Positions 1 through 9,790 of a stretch of DNA of 64,000 bases are shown here, one piece after another. The notes beneath the pieces were generated by a model. It searched no databases and was not told the origin of the DNA. It was given only the letters and a program-made list of their open reading frames with translations. Position numbers and translations under genes: made by a program. Within the stretch, counting starts at the first letter, position 1. Every line of letters begins with the position of its first letter. Source of the DNA: Prevotella sp. UBA4330 (GTDB lineage: Bacteria; Bacteroidota; Bacteroidia; Bacteroidales; Bacteroidaceae); the NCBI GenBank assembly GCA_002394385.1, contig DGTS01000011.1, forward strand, positions 60,722-124,721, in the 5' to 3' direction.

Positions 1-1
1 A

Positions 2-613
2 TTCATCATCGGAGAAGAGTTTATCGGCGACGACTGCGTCTGCCTTGTTCTTGGAGACAACATCTTCCATGGTGTAGGTTTTACCGATTTGCTCAAGCAG
101 AGCGTTGTCGATGCAGAGCAAAACGGCAATGCAACGGTATTCGGTTACTATGTCAACGACCCCGAGAGGTATGGCGTAGCAGAGTTTGACGCTGAAGGCA
201 ACTGCCTTTCTATCGAGGAGAAGCCACAGAACCCCAAGAGTAACTATGCCGTTGTGGGATTGTATTTCTATCCCAACAGCGTTGTGAAAATAGCAAAGAA
301 CATCAAGCCAAGTGCTCGTGGAGAACTCGAGATTACCACTGTCAACCAAGAGTATCTGAAACAAAAGAGCCTCAAGGTGCAGACACTGCAGCGCGGATTT
401 GCATGGCTCGACACCGGCACACACGACAGTCTTTCTGAAGCAAGTACATTCATCGAGGTGATTGAGAAACGCCAGGGACTAAAAATTGCATGTCTTGAAG
501 AGATAGCCTATATCAACGGCTGGATCAATGCAGAACAAGTGCTGAAACTTGCACAGCCAATGCTTAAGAACGACTATGGTCAGTATCTGACACGTCTTGT
601 AAACGAAAAATAA
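2..613 (+). CDS. rfbA: Glucose-1-phosphate thymidylyltransferase, 5'-truncated by the window edge
   Basis: Open frame from nt 2 ([22 protein letters not shown]). RfbA motifs include [28 protein letters not shown] and [11 protein letters not shown]. Confidence 0.95.
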   Translation, partial: FIIGEEFIGDDCVCLVLGDNIFHGVGFTDLLKQSVVDAEQNGNATVFGYYVNDPERYGVAEFDAEGNCLSIEEKPQNPKSNYAVVGLYFYPNSVVKIAKNIKPSARGELEITTVNQEYLKQKSLKVQTLQRGFAWLDTGTHDSLSEASTFIEVIEKRQGLKIACLEEIAYINGWINAEQVLKLAQPMLKNDYGQYLTRLVNEK

Positions 614-640
614 ATTAGATAACAAACAAGTAAACGAAAT

Positions 641-3142
641 ATGGAAGAGAAAAAAAATTACGAAGTAGCAAATGCTATAGAGGAGGAAGAGCAGTCTTCG
701 TTTAGTTTTGCCTCTATTTATGCCGCTTTCATTCTGAACTGGAAATGGTTCGTGTTGTCTCTGATTATCTGCCTCGGACTGGCAGCAATCTATCTGAGAT
801 ACACCACCCCAATTTACCAGACGAATGCAAAACTTCTTATAAAAGGTTCGGACAAGGGTTACAGTTCTAACGCGAGTCTTAGAAGTTCGCTTACTACCGG
901 TGTCATCAACCAGAACGAAGGTCTTTCAAACGAGATTCAGATACTTCGTTCCAAAAAACTTGCAGAGGAGGCAGTAAAAGACCTGAAACTCTACGTCAAC
1001 TACGTTAAGCACGGACGTGTTAACGACGTGATGATGTATAAGGACAACTACCTTAATGTTGACATCGACCCGGCAAGCCTTAACAACCTTCCAGGCACCG
1101 TTGTTCTTGAAGTGTCAAGAGAGAAAAACGCATTCAAGGTGGAAGGCATAGCAGGCAGAACAACAATCAACCAAACCCTGAAATCGCTGCCCGCCTCAAT
1201 CAAGACGAGCATTGGCACACTTTCATTCACCGCCAACCCCAATGCTTCTCTGAAAGACGGCAACACCATGACCGTTACCATCAGTTCTCCTAAGAACGCA
1301 TGTGCAAAATATGCTGGTTCGTTAGGAACATCGACGATGGAAGGTACGTCTATCGCCATTCTTTCTCTTAAAGATGAAAGCCCAAGCCGTGCTGCCGACT
1401 ATCTCAGACAACTCGTGGTATGCTATAACAGGCAGGCCAACGACGACAAGAACGAGGTAGCAAACAGAACAGAGGAGTTCATCAACAGCCGTCTTGAGAA
1501 AATCAATGCTGAGTTGAACAATACCGAAGGTGAACTGGAAGCATACAAGAAGCGCAACAACATGGTCAATTTGAGCATGAGCGGTTCTACTGCTTTTGGT
1601 AACAGCAACGAGTTTGAGCAGAAACTTGCTTCTGCCAACACACAGGTGCAGTTGCTCAACGAACTCAGTTCTTATGTTCGCGAGCCGGTAAACAAGTATC
1701 AGGTTATTCCTTCTAACATCGGTCTTGCCGACGGTGCTTCGACACAACTCATCAGCAGATATAACCAGGTGGCAATGGAGCGCAACCGACTGTTGAAGAC
1801 AGCCAGCGAATCGAGCCCTGCAGTAACACCGCTTACCGAGGAACTTGACGGACTTTCAACGAGCATCCAGCAGGCACTTAACCAGCAACGCCGCTCTTTG
1901 GAAATACAGCGCAACTCTATTGCATCGCAGTTCAGCCGCTACACCGGTCAAATTCAGCAGACACCCGAGCAGGAGCGCATGCTTACACAGATTGGCCGTC
2001 AGCAAGAGGTGAAGTCTGGTCTTTATCTGATGCTCTTGCAGAAGCGCGAGGAAAACTCTATTTCTCTTGCCGCCACTGCCGACAAGGGAAAACTCATCGA
2101 CGACCCTGCATTTGCCGGCATGATAAGTCCTAAGTCTAACATGATTTTCCTTATCGCCTTGGCCATTGCCATCGGTCTTCCTTCGTTGATACTCTTCCTC
2201 ATCAGCATATTCCGCTATAAGATTGAAGGTCACGACGACGTAGCAAAACTCACCAAACTGCCTATCATTGCCGATGTGGCTGTTGCAAGTGAGACAGCAA
2301 AGACAAAGGCCGACATCGTTGTGCATGAGAACCAGAACAACCAGATGGAGGAGATTTTCCGCTCTATGCGTACCAACCTGCAGTTCATGCTTAAGGAAGA
2401 CGAGAAAGTGGTGATGTTCACATCATCTACTTCTGGTGAGGGCAAGACGTTCAACGCAGCCAACCTCGCTGTAAGTTTCGCACTTCTGGGCAAGAAGGTA
2501 GTGCTGGTCGGTCTTGACATCCGTAAGCCTCGTCTGGCCGAGTTGTTCGAGTTGAAGGACCATCATCATGGTATCACTCCATTGCTGACGCACGACGACC
2601 CAACATGGGAAATGGTGAAGGAGCAGATTCTTGCTTCTGGAGTTAACGACAATCTGGAACTCCTGCTTGCAGGACCTATCCCTCCAAACCCTGCAGAGTT
2701 GCTTACCCGTGACTCTTTGGACAAGGTTATTAACCTGCTGCGTGAGAAATATGACTTCATTATCATCGATACCGCGCCTGTAGGACTGGTAACCGATACC
2801 TTGCAGATTGGACGCGTTTCTGACGCCACGGTATATATGTGCCGTGCCGACTACACGCCGAAGGCAAGTTTCGACCTCATCAACGGTCTTGCAAACGAAG
2901 GCAAACTGCCTAACATGGCTATCGTTATCAATGGTATTGACATGTCCAAGAAGAAGTATGGTTACTACTACGGATATGGCAAGTACGGCAAGTATGGTCG
3001 TTACGGACGCTACGGCAGTTACGGCAAGTACGGACGTTATGGCTCTTACGGCCATTACGGTCACTACGGCAGTTATGGTTACGGTCAGTATGGCAAGAAC
3101 AAATATACCGCTCAGAATGACACCTCTATTAAACTGAAGTAG
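641..3142 (+). CDS. wzc: Polysaccharide co-polymerase / BY-kinase (Wzc-like), 833 aa
   Basis: Two TM segments flank a periplasmic coiled coil. Walker A SSTSGEGKT, A' VGLDIR, B IIIDTAP, and a C-terminal Tyr cluster. Confidence 0.92.
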   Translation: MEEKKNYEVANAIEEEEQSSFSFASIYAAFILNWKWFVLSLIICLGLAAIYLRYTTPIYQTNAKLLIKGSDKGYSSNASLRSSLTTGVINQNEGLSNEIQILRSKKLAEEAVKDLKLYVNYVKHGRVNDVMMYKDNYLNVDIDPASLNNLPGTVVLEVSREKNAFKVEGIAGRTTINQTLKSLPASIKTSIGTLSFTANPNASLKDGNTMTVTISSPKNACAKYAGSLGTSTMEGTSIAILSLKDESPSRAADYLRQLVVCYNRQANDDKNEVANRTEEFINSRLEKINAELNNTEGELEAYKKRNNMVNLSMSGSTAFGNSNEFEQKLASANTQVQLLNELSSYVREPVNKYQVIPSNIGLADGASTQLISRYNQVAMERNRLLKTASESSPAVTPLTEELDGLSTSIQQALNQQRRSLEIQRNSIASQFSRYTGQIQQTPEQERMLTQIGRQQEVKSGLYLMLLQKREENSISLAATADKGKLIDDPAFAGMISPKSNMIFLIALAIAIGLPSLILFLISIFRYKIEGHDDVAKLTKLPIIADVAVASETAKTKADIVVHENQNNQMEEIFRSMRTNLQFMLKEDEKVVMFTSSTSGEGKTFNAANLAVSFALLGKKVVLVGLDIRKPRLAELFELKDHHHGITPLLTHDDPTWEMVKEQILASGVNDNLELLLAGPIPPNPAELLTRDSLDKVINLLREKYDFIIIDTAPVGLVTDTLQIGRVSDATVYMCRADYTPKASFDLINGLANEGKLPNMAIVINGIDMSKKKYGYYYGYGKYGKYGRYGRYGSYGKYGRYGSYGHYGHYGSYGYGQYGKNKYTAQNDTSIKLK

Positions 3143-3162
3143 TGTGTAAACAATACATCACG

Positions 3163-3194
3163 ACAAAGGGCACGCTTTTCGGCGTGCCCTTTGT
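3163..3194. terminator. Bidirectional intrinsic terminator between the convergent wzc and HAD genes
   Basis: Hairpin ACAAAGGGCACGC-TTTTCG-GCGTGCCCTTTGT. Confidence 0.8.
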
Positions 3195-3239
3195 TATTAC
3201 TGTTTATCTAATGGGAGACTATTATTATTAAATAAGAGC

Positions 3240-3671
3240 CTATCCTATCTGCCACCAATGCTTTTTCTTCGGTTTGTCATCCTCTGATATGTGTCCAAGG
3301 CGCTCTTTAACGACATCGGTAAGCGACTTGTTGTACTTTATCATCTGATACATTGTTCCCCAGTCGGGCAGTCCGCCGATGTTACGGTCGTCGATGAACA
3401 TCTCCACCTTCAGTTTCCTGCTGAAATGGTTGTTGTTCTGCACACTCTCCTCCGGGTAGTCACGGTTTATGGCATAGAACTCCACTCCCCGTTGCCTGCA
3501 CCACTCCACTGCGTCGTCAAGGAGTTTGCCTTCACGCACACTCCATAATATCAACTTATGCTGTTCCTTTATCAACAACTTCAACGTCTCGGTGGCAAAC
3601 GGGATTTCAGGTCCTATTTCAGGATACCTGTGCTCCACTATAGTGCCGTCAAAATCAACTGCTATTGTCAT
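3240..3671 (-). CDS. Small HAD-type phosphatase (BT0820-like family)
   Basis: N-terminal IAVDFDGTIV (HAD motif I) and FIDDRN (motif IV). Confidence 0.85.
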   Translation of the reverse strand: MTIAVDFDGTIVEHRYPEIGPEIPFATETLKLLIKEQHKLILWSVREGKLLDDAVEWCRQRGVEFYAINRDYPEESVQNNNHFSRKLKVEMFIDDRNIGGLPDWGTMYQMIKYNKSLTDVVKERLGHISEDDKPKKKHWWQIG

Positions 3672-3705
3672 TATATATTAATATTAAACATGAAACACCT
3701 TATAA

Positions 3706-5091
3706 TCAATAAGCCTTGTCATCGCCAATGACGACATCGCGTATGGTCTTGAATATGATCTGGATGTCGAGCCAGAAACTCCAGTGCTCTATATACCAGA
3801 TGTCCTTCTCTACCCTTCGTGCCATATCGTCTATGGTCTTTGTCTCGCCGCGCTCGCCGTGTGTCTGAGCCCATCCTGTGATTCCTGGCTTCACGAAATG
3901 GCGTATCATATAGTCGCCTATCTTCTCAGAGTAATACTCTGTATGTGCAAGCATGTGCGGACGCGGTCCCACAACGCTCATCTCTCCTTTAAAGACATTG
4001 ATGAACTGCGGCAGTTCGTCGATATTGGCATGGCGCATGAAGTGTCCCCACTTCGTCACTCGCGGGTCGTCCTTTGTTGCCTGTACCTTGTCGGAGTCCT
4101 TGTTCACTTTCATCGAACGGAACTTATAGCAATAGAAGTCCTTTCCGTCATATCCTGTCCTTTTCTGCTTGAAGAACACTGGTCCAGGCATTGTTATCTT
4201 AGTGATGATAGCAACGATAAGATAAATCCAAGGGAAGCAGAACAGCAAGAACAGTCCCGAGACGATAATGTCGAACGCCCTCTTCTTCAGTCGTTGGGTA
4301 GCACTCATCAGCGGCTCGTTATACTGCGCCATGACGTATGTGTCGCCCATCTCCACTATTTTGGTCTTGCGCTTGGCTGTAGAATGGCTTCTTGGCACAT
4401 AATACACCCTTATCATTCGGTGCTGGCACAACTTCAGCAACGGTTTTAGTTCATCGTCATCGTCGGTATTTACGGCAATGTATATTTCGTCAACACGGTT
4501 CTTGCCAAGCCACTTCATTACGTCCGCGTAGTCTCCGAGTTTCTTGTATTTCTCGTCGATGTCTTCCATCGCGAAGATACCAAGAAGTTTATATCCGTTC
4601 CAGGGGTCGAGCATCACGTTGGCAACCTTTTTCACCATATATCCATATCCGATAATGATGGTTCGCATGTTGTTTCGGCCCGTACTTCTGAACCTCTTGA
4701 TGACGTTTCTCATTGCCAGACGCTCAAGGCTCGTGAACGCGAAAACAAGGGCGGCAACCAACAACGAGCGCCAGAAACCAGGCACCGTCATGTGGGCCAT
4801 ACCAAGAATGGCGGCATTAACAATTACGAAGAGCACCGCGGCTCTTGACGCATTGCGGAGCACCGAGGCAGGTGTAGAGGTGCGTTTGTGTAACGTAATC
4901 TTTGCAAACGCCTGTGCTACAACGTATGAAATGTTGGCAATGAGCCAGTCGGAAAAAACAATTATGTGTGTATCTACATAAGGCCATATCTCCAGCACAT
5001 AGCACAGCAGAAGCACAGCATTGAACATCAGCCAGTCGACAACGGTCACAATGCTCGTAAGCAGTAAAACTCTATTATATGCAGACTTCAT
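3706..5091 (-). CDS. wcaJ: Undecaprenyl-phosphate glucose phosphotransferase (priming glycosyltransferase)
   Basis: N-terminal TMs, a CoA-binding-like domain, and a bacterial sugar transferase domain (KRAFD, YKFRSM, DELPQFINV, SVVGPRP, KPGITGWAQ). Confidence 0.9.
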   Translation of the reverse strand: MKSAYNRVLLLTSIVTVVDWLMFNAVLLLCYVLEIWPYVDTHIIVFSDWLIANISYVVAQAFAKITLHKRTSTPASVLRNASRAAVLFVIVNAAILGMAHMTVPGFWRSLLVAALVFAFTSLERLAMRNVIKRFRSTGRNNMRTIIIGYGYMVKKVANVMLDPWNGYKLLGIFAMEDIDEKYKKLGDYADVMKWLGKNRVDEIYIAVNTDDDDELKPLLKLCQHRMIRVYYVPRSHSTAKRKTKIVEMGDTYVMAQYNEPLMSATQRLKKRAFDIIVSGLFLLFCFPWIYLIVAIITKITMPGPVFFKQKRTGYDGKDFYCYKFRSMKVNKDSDKVQATKDDPRVTKWGHFMRHANIDELPQFINVFKGEMSVVGPRPHMLAHTEYYSEKIGDYMIRHFVKPGITGWAQTHGERGETKTIDDMARRVEKDIWYIEHWSFWLDIQIIFKTIRDVVIGDDKAY

Positions 5092-5125
5092 GGTTTATCC
5101 TAAGATTATATCGACATAATTTCTG

Positions 5126-5157
5126 CAAAGTTAGGAAATAAAAAGCATATTTACAAA
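5126..5157 (-). promoter_or_regulatory. Bacteroidota sigmaA-type promoter of wcaJ
   Basis: Minus strand TTTG (5157-5154), 20 nt, TAACTTTG (5133-5126). Confidence 0.7.
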
Positions 5158-5239
5158 AAAAACTGACGATTTTTAAAGATTTGACGCTTGTATTTAGTAA
5201 TTTTGCAGACGAAAATGATTATTAACCAAGTTTATACTG

Positions 5240-6265
5240 ATGAAAAAAATTACATCCAAAAGGTTCGTTATACCTATTATAATATGTGTAGCACTCATTC
5301 TGGGTGTGGGCTATTTCTACCTTTTCTCATCAATAGCGAAAGGCGGGAAGACACAATATCTCTACGTTGACAAAGACGACAACATCGACTCTGTATATGA
5401 GAAACTCGACTCCATCACCACTTCCTCGGGAATGGCGGCGTTCTCCATGCTTGCCAGACATAGCGATTATGCCGGCAACATCATACCCGGAAGATATGCA
5501 CTTGAGTCGGGAATGGGTGCCCTGAGATTTCTCAGAAACCTCAAGAAAGGGGCTGAGACACCGCTACATCTCACCATCCCTTCGGTCAGAACGATGGACA
5601 AGATGGCAGAGGTGTTAGGAAAGAAACTGCTCGTTGACTCTTTAGAACTTCAGAAAGCATTCTCCGACCCCTCCACATGCTCGCGCTACGGACTCGACAC
5701 GCTCACCATCGGCTGTCTGTTCATCCCAAACACTTACGATGTTTACTGGACCATCACATCTAAAGAACTGCTCGACCGCATGCAGAAGGAGAGCCGCGCG
5801 TTTTGGAACGACAGCCGTCAGCAGAAAGCCGACGCTCTGGAGATGACCCATGAGCAAATCATCACGCTTGCCAGCATTATCGACGAGGAAACGTCGAACA
5901 ATGCCGAGAAACCCATGATAGCGCAGATGTATCTCAACAGACTTTCCAAGGACATGCCTCTGCAGGCAGACCCCACAGTGAAGTTCGCCCTAAAACAGTT
6001 TGAACTGAAACGCATCTATCACGAGCATCTCTCGGTGAACAGTCCCTTCAACACCTACCGCAACAAGGGACTTCCTCCCGGTCCTATCCGCATTCCGACG
6101 GTTGCAGGAATCGACGCTGTGCTCAATCATGCCAGCCACGACTATCTGTACATGTGCGCAAAGGAGGATTTCAGCGGCACACACAACTTCGCCAAGACCT
6201 ACGACGAGCACCTCCAGAATGCCAAGAAATATGCCGACGCGCTGAACAAGCGTGGCATCAAGTAG
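5240..6265 (+). CDS. mltG: Endolytic transglycosylase MltG (YceG family)
   Basis: Single N-terminal TM, LASIIDEET, YLNRL, LQADPTV, SPFNTY, GLPPGPI, HNFAKTYDEH. Confidence 0.93.
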   Translation: MKKITSKRFVIPIIICVALILGVGYFYLFSSIAKGGKTQYLYVDKDDNIDSVYEKLDSITTSSGMAAFSMLARHSDYAGNIIPGRYALESGMGALRFLRNLKKGAETPLHLTIPSVRTMDKMAEVLGKKLLVDSLELQKAFSDPSTCSRYGLDTLTIGCLFIPNTYDVYWTITSKELLDRMQKESRAFWNDSRQQKADALEMTHEQIITLASIIDEETSNNAEKPMIAQMYLNRLSKDMPLQADPTVKFALKQFELKRIYHEHLSVNSPFNTYRNKGLPPGPIRIPTVAGIDAVLNHASHDYLYMCAKEDFSGTHNFAKTYDEHLQNAKKYADALNKRGIK

Positions 6266-6274
6266 CCAAAGGTA

Positions 6275-6390
6275 TATCTTTCAGTTCCCGATTATATGTC
6301 TTTCGCCTCCCGATTGCATACCTTTGAGGGAGCGAAAGGGCATCTTTCGGAATGCGAAATGCCATCTTTCGGAAGCCGAAAGAGCATATC
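6275..6390. repeat. Array of five degenerate 22-nt quasi-palindromic units
   Basis: Units start at 6275, 6297, 6319, 6341 and 6363, e.g. CATCTTTCGGAATGCGAAATGC and CATCTTTCGGAAGCCGAAAGAG. Confidence 0.75.
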
Positions 6391-6417
6391 TCGCTAAACA
6401 AGTAATCAGACAATATT

Positions 6418-6510
6418 AAAAAAACAAGCGCTCCGCTCTTCTCAGAGGGGAGCACTAATCTCAATAGGTTTAAGTTTTTTAAGGTAAAAAGATTGTATTT
6501 AGGATAACGT
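6418..6510 (-). ncRNA. Candidate ~90-nt small RNA
   Basis: Minus-strand promoter TTTG (6545-6542), 20 nt, TATCTTTG (6521-6514). About 55 nt later there is a GC-rich hairpin with a GAGA loop and a T-tract (6456-6418), and no ORF in between. Confidence 0.6.
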
Positions 6511-6704
6511 GTGCAAAGATAATGTTTTTTTATTTTATAAACAAATTTTTCCCAATCTTTCTAAATCAGAAATACAAAAGCACACTAAAGATGAGTTAAT
6601 AATAAGCGATTTAAATTCAATTCTTTCGGTTATTAAAAATAAAATATGTAACTTTGCGTCGATTTTTAATACATTGAGCAATAACAAAAAAACATACTGG
6701 TTAT

Positions 6705-8414
6705 ATGACAACGATACAAGAGAACTCTAACGAAGAGAAAAAGAGCCTGAGTTTCGTAGAACAAATGGTGGAACAAGACCTCGCCGAAGGCAAAAACGGA
6801 GGCAGAATACAAACACGATTCCCGCCAGAGCCGAACGGATATCTGCACATAGGACACGCCAAAGCCATCTGCATGGACTTCGGAGTGGCAGAGAACTACA
6901 ACGGCGTTTGCAACCTGCGATTCGACGACACCAACCCTTCAAAGGAAGATACAGAATATGTTGACTCTATACTTCAGGACATTCAGTGGCTCGGATTCAA
7001 ATGGGGCAACGTATATTATGCCTCCGATTACTTCGAGAAACTGTGGGACTTCGCCATCTGGATGATAGAGCAAGGCAAAGCGTATGTTGACGAACAGACA
7101 AGCGAACAGATTGCAGAGCAGAAGGGAACTCCCACTCAACCGGGCACTCCCTCACCCTATCGCGACCGTCCGATAGAAGAGAATCTGCGCCTGTTCCGCA
7201 TGATGAACACTCCCGAGGCAGTGGAAGGCTCGATGGTGTTGAGGGCGAAACTCGACATGAGCAACCCCAACATGCACTTCCGCGACCCAATCATCTATCG
7301 CATAATACATACCCCACACCATCGCACAGGCACCAAGTGGCACGCTTACCCGATGTATGACTTCGCACACGGACAGAGCGACTACTTCGAGGGCGTTACC
7401 CACTCGATATGCACCCTTGAGTTCGTGCCTCACCGTCCGCTCTACGATCACTTCGTGGATGAGTTGCAGACGATGGAGAACCAGCACGACTATCGTCCGC
7501 GACAGATAGAGTTCAACCGTCTCAACCTTACCTACACGGTGATGTCGAAACGCAAACTGAAGGCACTTGTTGACGAGCACCTCGTGGCAGGATGGGACGA
7601 CCCGCGTATGCCTACAGTGTGCGGAATGCGCCGCCGAGGATATTCGCCAGAGAGCATCCGCAAGTTCATCGACTCCATTGGCTACACCAAGTTCGACGCT
7701 CTCAACGACATGGCTCTCCTGGAGGCTGCCGTTCGCGAAGACCTTAACGCTAAGGCATTGAGAGTGAGCGCAGTAGTAAACCCCGTTAAACTGGTAATCA
7801 CCAACTATCCCGAGGGCGAGACAGAGGAGATGGTGGCTGTAAACAACCCCGAGAACGAGGCAGATGGCACACACACCATCACTTTCAGCCGCAACCTGTG
7901 GATAGAACGCGACGACTTCATGGAGGATGCTCCGAAGAAGTTCTTCCGCATGACACCAGGCAAGGAGGTGCGACTGAAGAACGCATACATCGTGATGTGC
8001 ACCGGATGCACCAAGGATGCCGACGGCAACATCATTGAAATACAGGCAGAATACGACCCGCAGAGCAAGAGCGGAATGGAGGGTGCCAACCGCAAGGTGA
8101 AGGGTACGCTCCACTGGGTGAGCGCCGACCATTGCGTAAAGGCAGAGGTGCGCCAGTACGACCGACTGTTCAACGTGGAGAACCCAAGCGCCGACGAGCG
8201 CGACTTCCGCGAACTGCTCAACCCCACATCGCTCAACGTGCTCGACGAGTGCTATGTGGAACCGTTCGCAGCAGAGCGCAAGCCAGGCGAGTATCTGCAG
8301 TTCCAGCGCATCGGCTACTTCATGGCCGACCCCGACTCCACGCCAGGACACATCGTGTTCAACAAGACCGTGGGGCTGAAAGACAACTGGGCTAAAATCA
8401 ATAATGGCAAATAA
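6705..8414 (+). CDS. glnS: Glutamine--tRNA ligase
   Basis: RFPPEPNGYLHIGHAKA (HIGH), LRFDDTNP, VMSKR (KMSKS-like), WDDPRMPT, QFQRIGYF. Confidence 0.98.
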   Translation: MTTIQENSNEEKKSLSFVEQMVEQDLAEGKNGGRIQTRFPPEPNGYLHIGHAKAICMDFGVAENYNGVCNLRFDDTNPSKEDTEYVDSILQDIQWLGFKWGNVYYASDYFEKLWDFAIWMIEQGKAYVDEQTSEQIAEQKGTPTQPGTPSPYRDRPIEENLRLFRMMNTPEAVEGSMVLRAKLDMSNPNMHFRDPIIYRIIHTPHHRTGTKWHAYPMYDFAHGQSDYFEGVTHSICTLEFVPHRPLYDHFVDELQTMENQHDYRPRQIEFNRLNLTYTVMSKRKLKALVDEHLVAGWDDPRMPTVCGMRRRGYSPESIRKFIDSIGYTKFDALNDMALLEAAVREDLNAKALRVSAVVNPVKLVITNYPEGETEEMVAVNNPENEADGTHTITFSRNLWIERDDFMEDAPKKFFRMTPGKEVRLKNAYIVMCTGCTKDADGNIIEIQAEYDPQSKSGMEGANRKVKGTLHWVSADHCVKAEVRQYDRLFNVENPSADERDFRELLNPTSLNVLDECYVEPFAAERKPGEYLQFQRIGYFMADPDSTPGHIVFNKTVGLKDNWAKINNGK

Positions 8415-9765
8415 CTATTACGATAGCGAGGAGTTCAGAATCATCCTCAAGTCATTCGAAGAGTCGGAGAAGACGGGCAAGAACCTCTTCTTCGGCTCTG
8501 GCGACTTGTTGGACATCGCCGACTACTATTGCCTTCACGGCAAAGTGCCCGAGGCAAGGGCTATCGTGGACAGGGCGCTTGAGACATTTCCCGACTCCGA
8601 CGAGGCGCTGCTGATGAAGTCGAGAATGGCTCTCACCTACGACCACGACCCTGACAAGGCAGAGATAATTGCCGACATGGTGAACGACAAACACGATGCC
8701 GACTACGCTTATCTTAAAGCCGAGATAATGCTTTCACGCGGTTTGGAAGACGAGGCGGAGGCTCTTCTCCAGAAGGTTTACGATGAGGCAGACGACGAAG
8801 AGCCAGAAGTGATTGCCGAAGAGATAACAAGAATCTATGCCGACTACAACAATGTTGCGTTGGCAAAGAAATGGTTCGAGCGAACCGGAAACAGCGACTC
8901 TGCGTCGAAGAAGGAACTCAAAGTGAGGCTGCTCATAGCCGATGGCAACATCGAGGAGGGCCAGAAGATGCTCAACGAACTGATTGACGACGACCCGTAT
9001 AATTCATTATACTGGAATCTGCTTTCCTCTACGCAATATCTTAGCGACGATATCGAAGATGCAATAACAAGCAGCGAATATAGCCTTGCCATCAATCCGA
9101 ACGACGAAGAGGCAATTCTCAACAAGGCAAACGGCCTGTATAAGTTGGGCAACTACGAAGATGCCATAGACTACTACAAGCGATTTGTGCGCATAAGACC
9201 CGACGAGGAGAGCGGCGAAATGATGATAGGTATTAGCCTGATAGCACTTAACAGAGTGCAGGAGGGCGTGGAATACCTGAAGAAAGCAGAGAAGAAGATT
9301 TCCATAGACTCCACCCACAACGACGAGATTTACCAGGAACTCGTGATTGCTCTTTCCAAACTGAACCGCTTCGACGAAGCACTGGCTTACATAAAGAGAA
9401 GCGAAAGCGCCGAATGTGAGCACAACGAGATGAAGGTTCTGGAAGGATTTGTGCTCATGAAGAAAGACGATCTCGAAGGTGGAAGAGAGTGCTATCAGCA
9501 AGCACTCACCGACTCGGGATACTCACCGGTGATATATCTCAAAATAGGCATGGCCCTTTACGAGAACCACCTTTATTCAGCAGCATATATGACAACCAAA
9601 TCTCTACTCAATATATGCCCCGACGAGATGAGCGAGGCATACGCTTATCACGCGCTCTTCTGCTATTTTGTCAGAAAGGACGACGAGTATATGGAGTACA
9701 GAAAGATTGCATTCGAGAAAGACCCGAAACTCGCTGAAATGGTGCTCGGAGAAATAAGGTTATAA
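8404..9765 (+). CDS. Tetratricopeptide repeat protein
   Basis: Multiple 34-aa TPR-like helical repeats (e.g. KANGLYKLGNYEDAIDYYKRFVRIRP). The start overlaps the glnS end. Confidence 0.85.
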   Translation: MANNYYDSEEFRIILKSFEESEKTGKNLFFGSGDLLDIADYYCLHGKVPEARAIVDRALETFPDSDEALLMKSRMALTYDHDPDKAEIIADMVNDKHDADYAYLKAEIMLSRGLEDEAEALLQKVYDEADDEEPEVIAEEITRIYADYNNVALAKKWFERTGNSDSASKKELKVRLLIADGNIEEGQKMLNELIDDDPYNSLYWNLLSSTQYLSDDIEDAITSSEYSLAINPNDEEAILNKANGLYKLGNYEDAIDYYKRFVRIRPDEESGEMMIGISLIALNRVQEGVEYLKKAEKKISIDSTHNDEIYQELVIALSKLNRFDEALAYIKRSESAECEHNEMKVLEGFVLMKKDDLEGGRECYQQALTDSGYSPVIYLKIGMALYENHLYSAAYMTTKSLLNICPDEMSEAYAYHALFCYFVRKDDEYMEYRKIAFEKDPKLAEMVLGEIRL

Positions 9766-9790
9766 CAAAAACAAGAAACAACATTACACA

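Noticed and set aside
7152-8351. Long antisense ORFs (399 aa here; also 37464-38480, 22361-23224, 19018-19761 and others)
   Set aside because: They are shadow frames of well-conserved genes on the opposite strand, with no recognisable motifs.
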